Under the pieces are notes generated by a model, which was not told the origin of the DNA, did no database searches, and saw nothing but the letters and a program-made list of their open reading frames with translations. DNA of 64,000 nt, taken from contig JAHQWW010000008.1 in assembly GCA_029856365.1 (NCBI GenBank), positions 9,579 to 73,578 of the forward strand, given 5' to 3'. The translations under genes and the position numbers were made by a program. Position 1 is the first letter of the stretch; each line of letters opens with the position of its first letter. Shown here piece by piece: positions 62,641 through 64,000 of the stretch. Origin of the DNA: Candidatus Hodarchaeota archaeon. Its GTDB lineage: Archaea; Asgardarchaeota; Heimdallarchaeia; Hodarchaeales; Hodarchaeaceae.

Positions 62641-64000
62641 TTGCCTCGTTGGTTTGGTAGTTCTGGAATACGTGGATCGTATACTAAAATAACTCCATTT
62701 TTTAGTATGAATCTCGGAATAGCTGTTGGTAAAGTATTCCAAGCTTCCAAACCAGCATATATCGCTTCTGATATACGTTTTACTTCTGATTTACTTAAAA
62801 CATGTTTCATAAGTGGATTTTCTTATTATTCAGGAACAATGATTGACATTGGTTTATCCCCAACTCCAGTTATATCTTATATCACCTCAGTTAGGGATGA
62901 TACATTAGGAGTAATGGTTACTGCTTCCCATAATCCACCTTCAAACAATGGATTCAAATTTTTTTTAAATGGAAGGGAATGTGGAGAGGATTTTGAAGTC
63001 AAGGTGGAAGAAAGTCTCTATTATGAAAGCAAAAGGTCTTTCAGCGATAAGATATCGCCATATTCATGGAAAAATGTAGGAATCTCAAAATATGAAAATA
63101 ATAAGATATACATTGATAATTATATCAATCATTTACTCAGTAATATCAAAATAAAGAATCAAGGAAAGAAAATTATTCTAGATTGTGCTAATAATGTACC
63201 GAATCTTGTTTCTCCATATGTTCTTGAACACTTTGGTTTTGATGTAATCTCAATAAATAATACCTTAGATGCTACTTTTCCTGGACGATCTAGTGAACCA
63301 ACGTCTGAGAAACTATCTATATTAAAAGAAAGAGTGATCGAAGAAAGTGCCGACATTGGTATAGCACATGATGGCGATGGAGATCGTTTTGCTCTGATTG
63401 ACGAACAAGGTCACTTTGTAAATTCAACTACGATAATAAATTTCTTCCTTGATCATTTGAATTATTCTAATCCACATCGAAGAAAAATAGTTTTGACTAG
63501 TGATTGTACTAGCCAAGCATTCGAAATTGTGGAGAAAAATAAGGCAGAAGTAATCACTAGTCGAATTGGAAGAAATCGTGACTTTATAGACGATAATTCT
63601 ATAATATTCTTGGGGGAACCAAACAAGCTACTATTCCCTGATTTCGGTAAATGGATTGATGGATTATATCCTGTGTTGAAATTTTTCGAACTTTCAGAGT
63701 TGAACGGGGTCTCAAAGATCCTAAAACCATATGATAAACGAAAAATCCTCAGGAAAGCGTTCAATATCACAGAAAAACACAGAAAATATGTGAAAGATGT
63801 AATTAACAACCTTCCAGACTTATGGTCAAAGAAAATTTCAAGAGTATCATCTTTAGACGGTTTAAAGCTTTATTTTAATGATAAATCTTGTTTATTGATC
63901 AGATTTTCTGGAACTGAACCAAAAATTAAATTCTACATAGAATCTCATTCAGTTAAGAAAAACTGGAATATATTATCCCAATTAACAACCGAATTTGAGC
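62641..64000 (+). CDS. Phosphoglucomutase/phosphomannomutase-family protein (runs off the window end; not in the ORF track)
   Basis: TTG 62641, FGSSGIRG, TASHNP, DGDGDR, RFSGTEP; no stop before 64000. Confidence 0.9.
   Translation, partial: MPRWFGSSGIRGSYTKITPFFSMNLGIAVGKVFQASKPAYIASDIRFTSDLLKTCFISGFSYYSGTMIDIGLSPTPVISYITSVRDDTLGVMVTASHNPPSNNGFKFFLNGRECGEDFEVKVEESLYYESKRSFSDKISPYSWKNVGISKYENNKIYIDNYINHLLSNIKIKNQGKKIILDCANNVPNLVSPYVLEHFGFDVISINNTLDATFPGRSSEPTSEKLSILKERVIEESADIGIAHDGDGDRFALIDEQGHFVNSTTIINFFLDHLNYSNPHRRKIVLTSDCTSQAFEIVEKNKAEVITSRIGRNRDFIDDNSIIFLGEPNKLLFPDFGKWIDGLYPVLKFFELSELNGVSKILKPYDKRKILRKAFNITEKHRKYVKDVINNLPDLWSKKISRVSSLDGLKLYFNDKSCLLIRFSGTEPKIKFYIESHSVKKNWNILSQLTTEFE

Noticed and set aside
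304-63809. Short ORFs antisense to or overlapping known genes (e.g. 2591..2893, 15592..15951, 16374..16703, 63462..63809) and the low-complexity 6565..6804
   Set aside because: Shadow frames of well-supported genes or AT-rich intergenic sequence, with no motifs

Overview
AT-rich archaeal chromosomal segment, most likely from an Asgard archaeon (Heimdallarchaeia/Hodarchaeales-like). This is inferred from the archaeal histone, thermosome pair, Rpo6, S17e, S25e, archaeal LeuRS, DGGGP synthase, proteasome subunits, an ESCRT-II (Vps22/EAP30-like) protein and an 11-subunit complex I-like operon. The first ~13 kb is accessory and partly decaying: a TsrM-like B12/radical-SAM gene bracketed by a 66-bp duplicate of a carbamoyltransferase 3' end, a TrmB-arsM pair, two GNAT genes with in-frame stops, and SsnA/ThrC-like genes. 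The rest is mostly housekeeping and lipid/energy metabolism. I recognised no rRNA, tRNA, CRISPR array, integrase or transposase. The strongest candidates for undescribed systems are: (1) a nucleotidyltransferase fused to an archaeal GluRS-like N-terminal domain, facing an HD hydrolase; (2) a structured leader with a Leu-containing mini-ORF upstream of leuS; (3) a stand-alone Vps22-like gene between rpo6 and rps17e; (4) a Cys-rich TrmB regulator with a TrmB-type palindrome divergent from arsM. All family assignments come from motif recognition by eye, not database searches.
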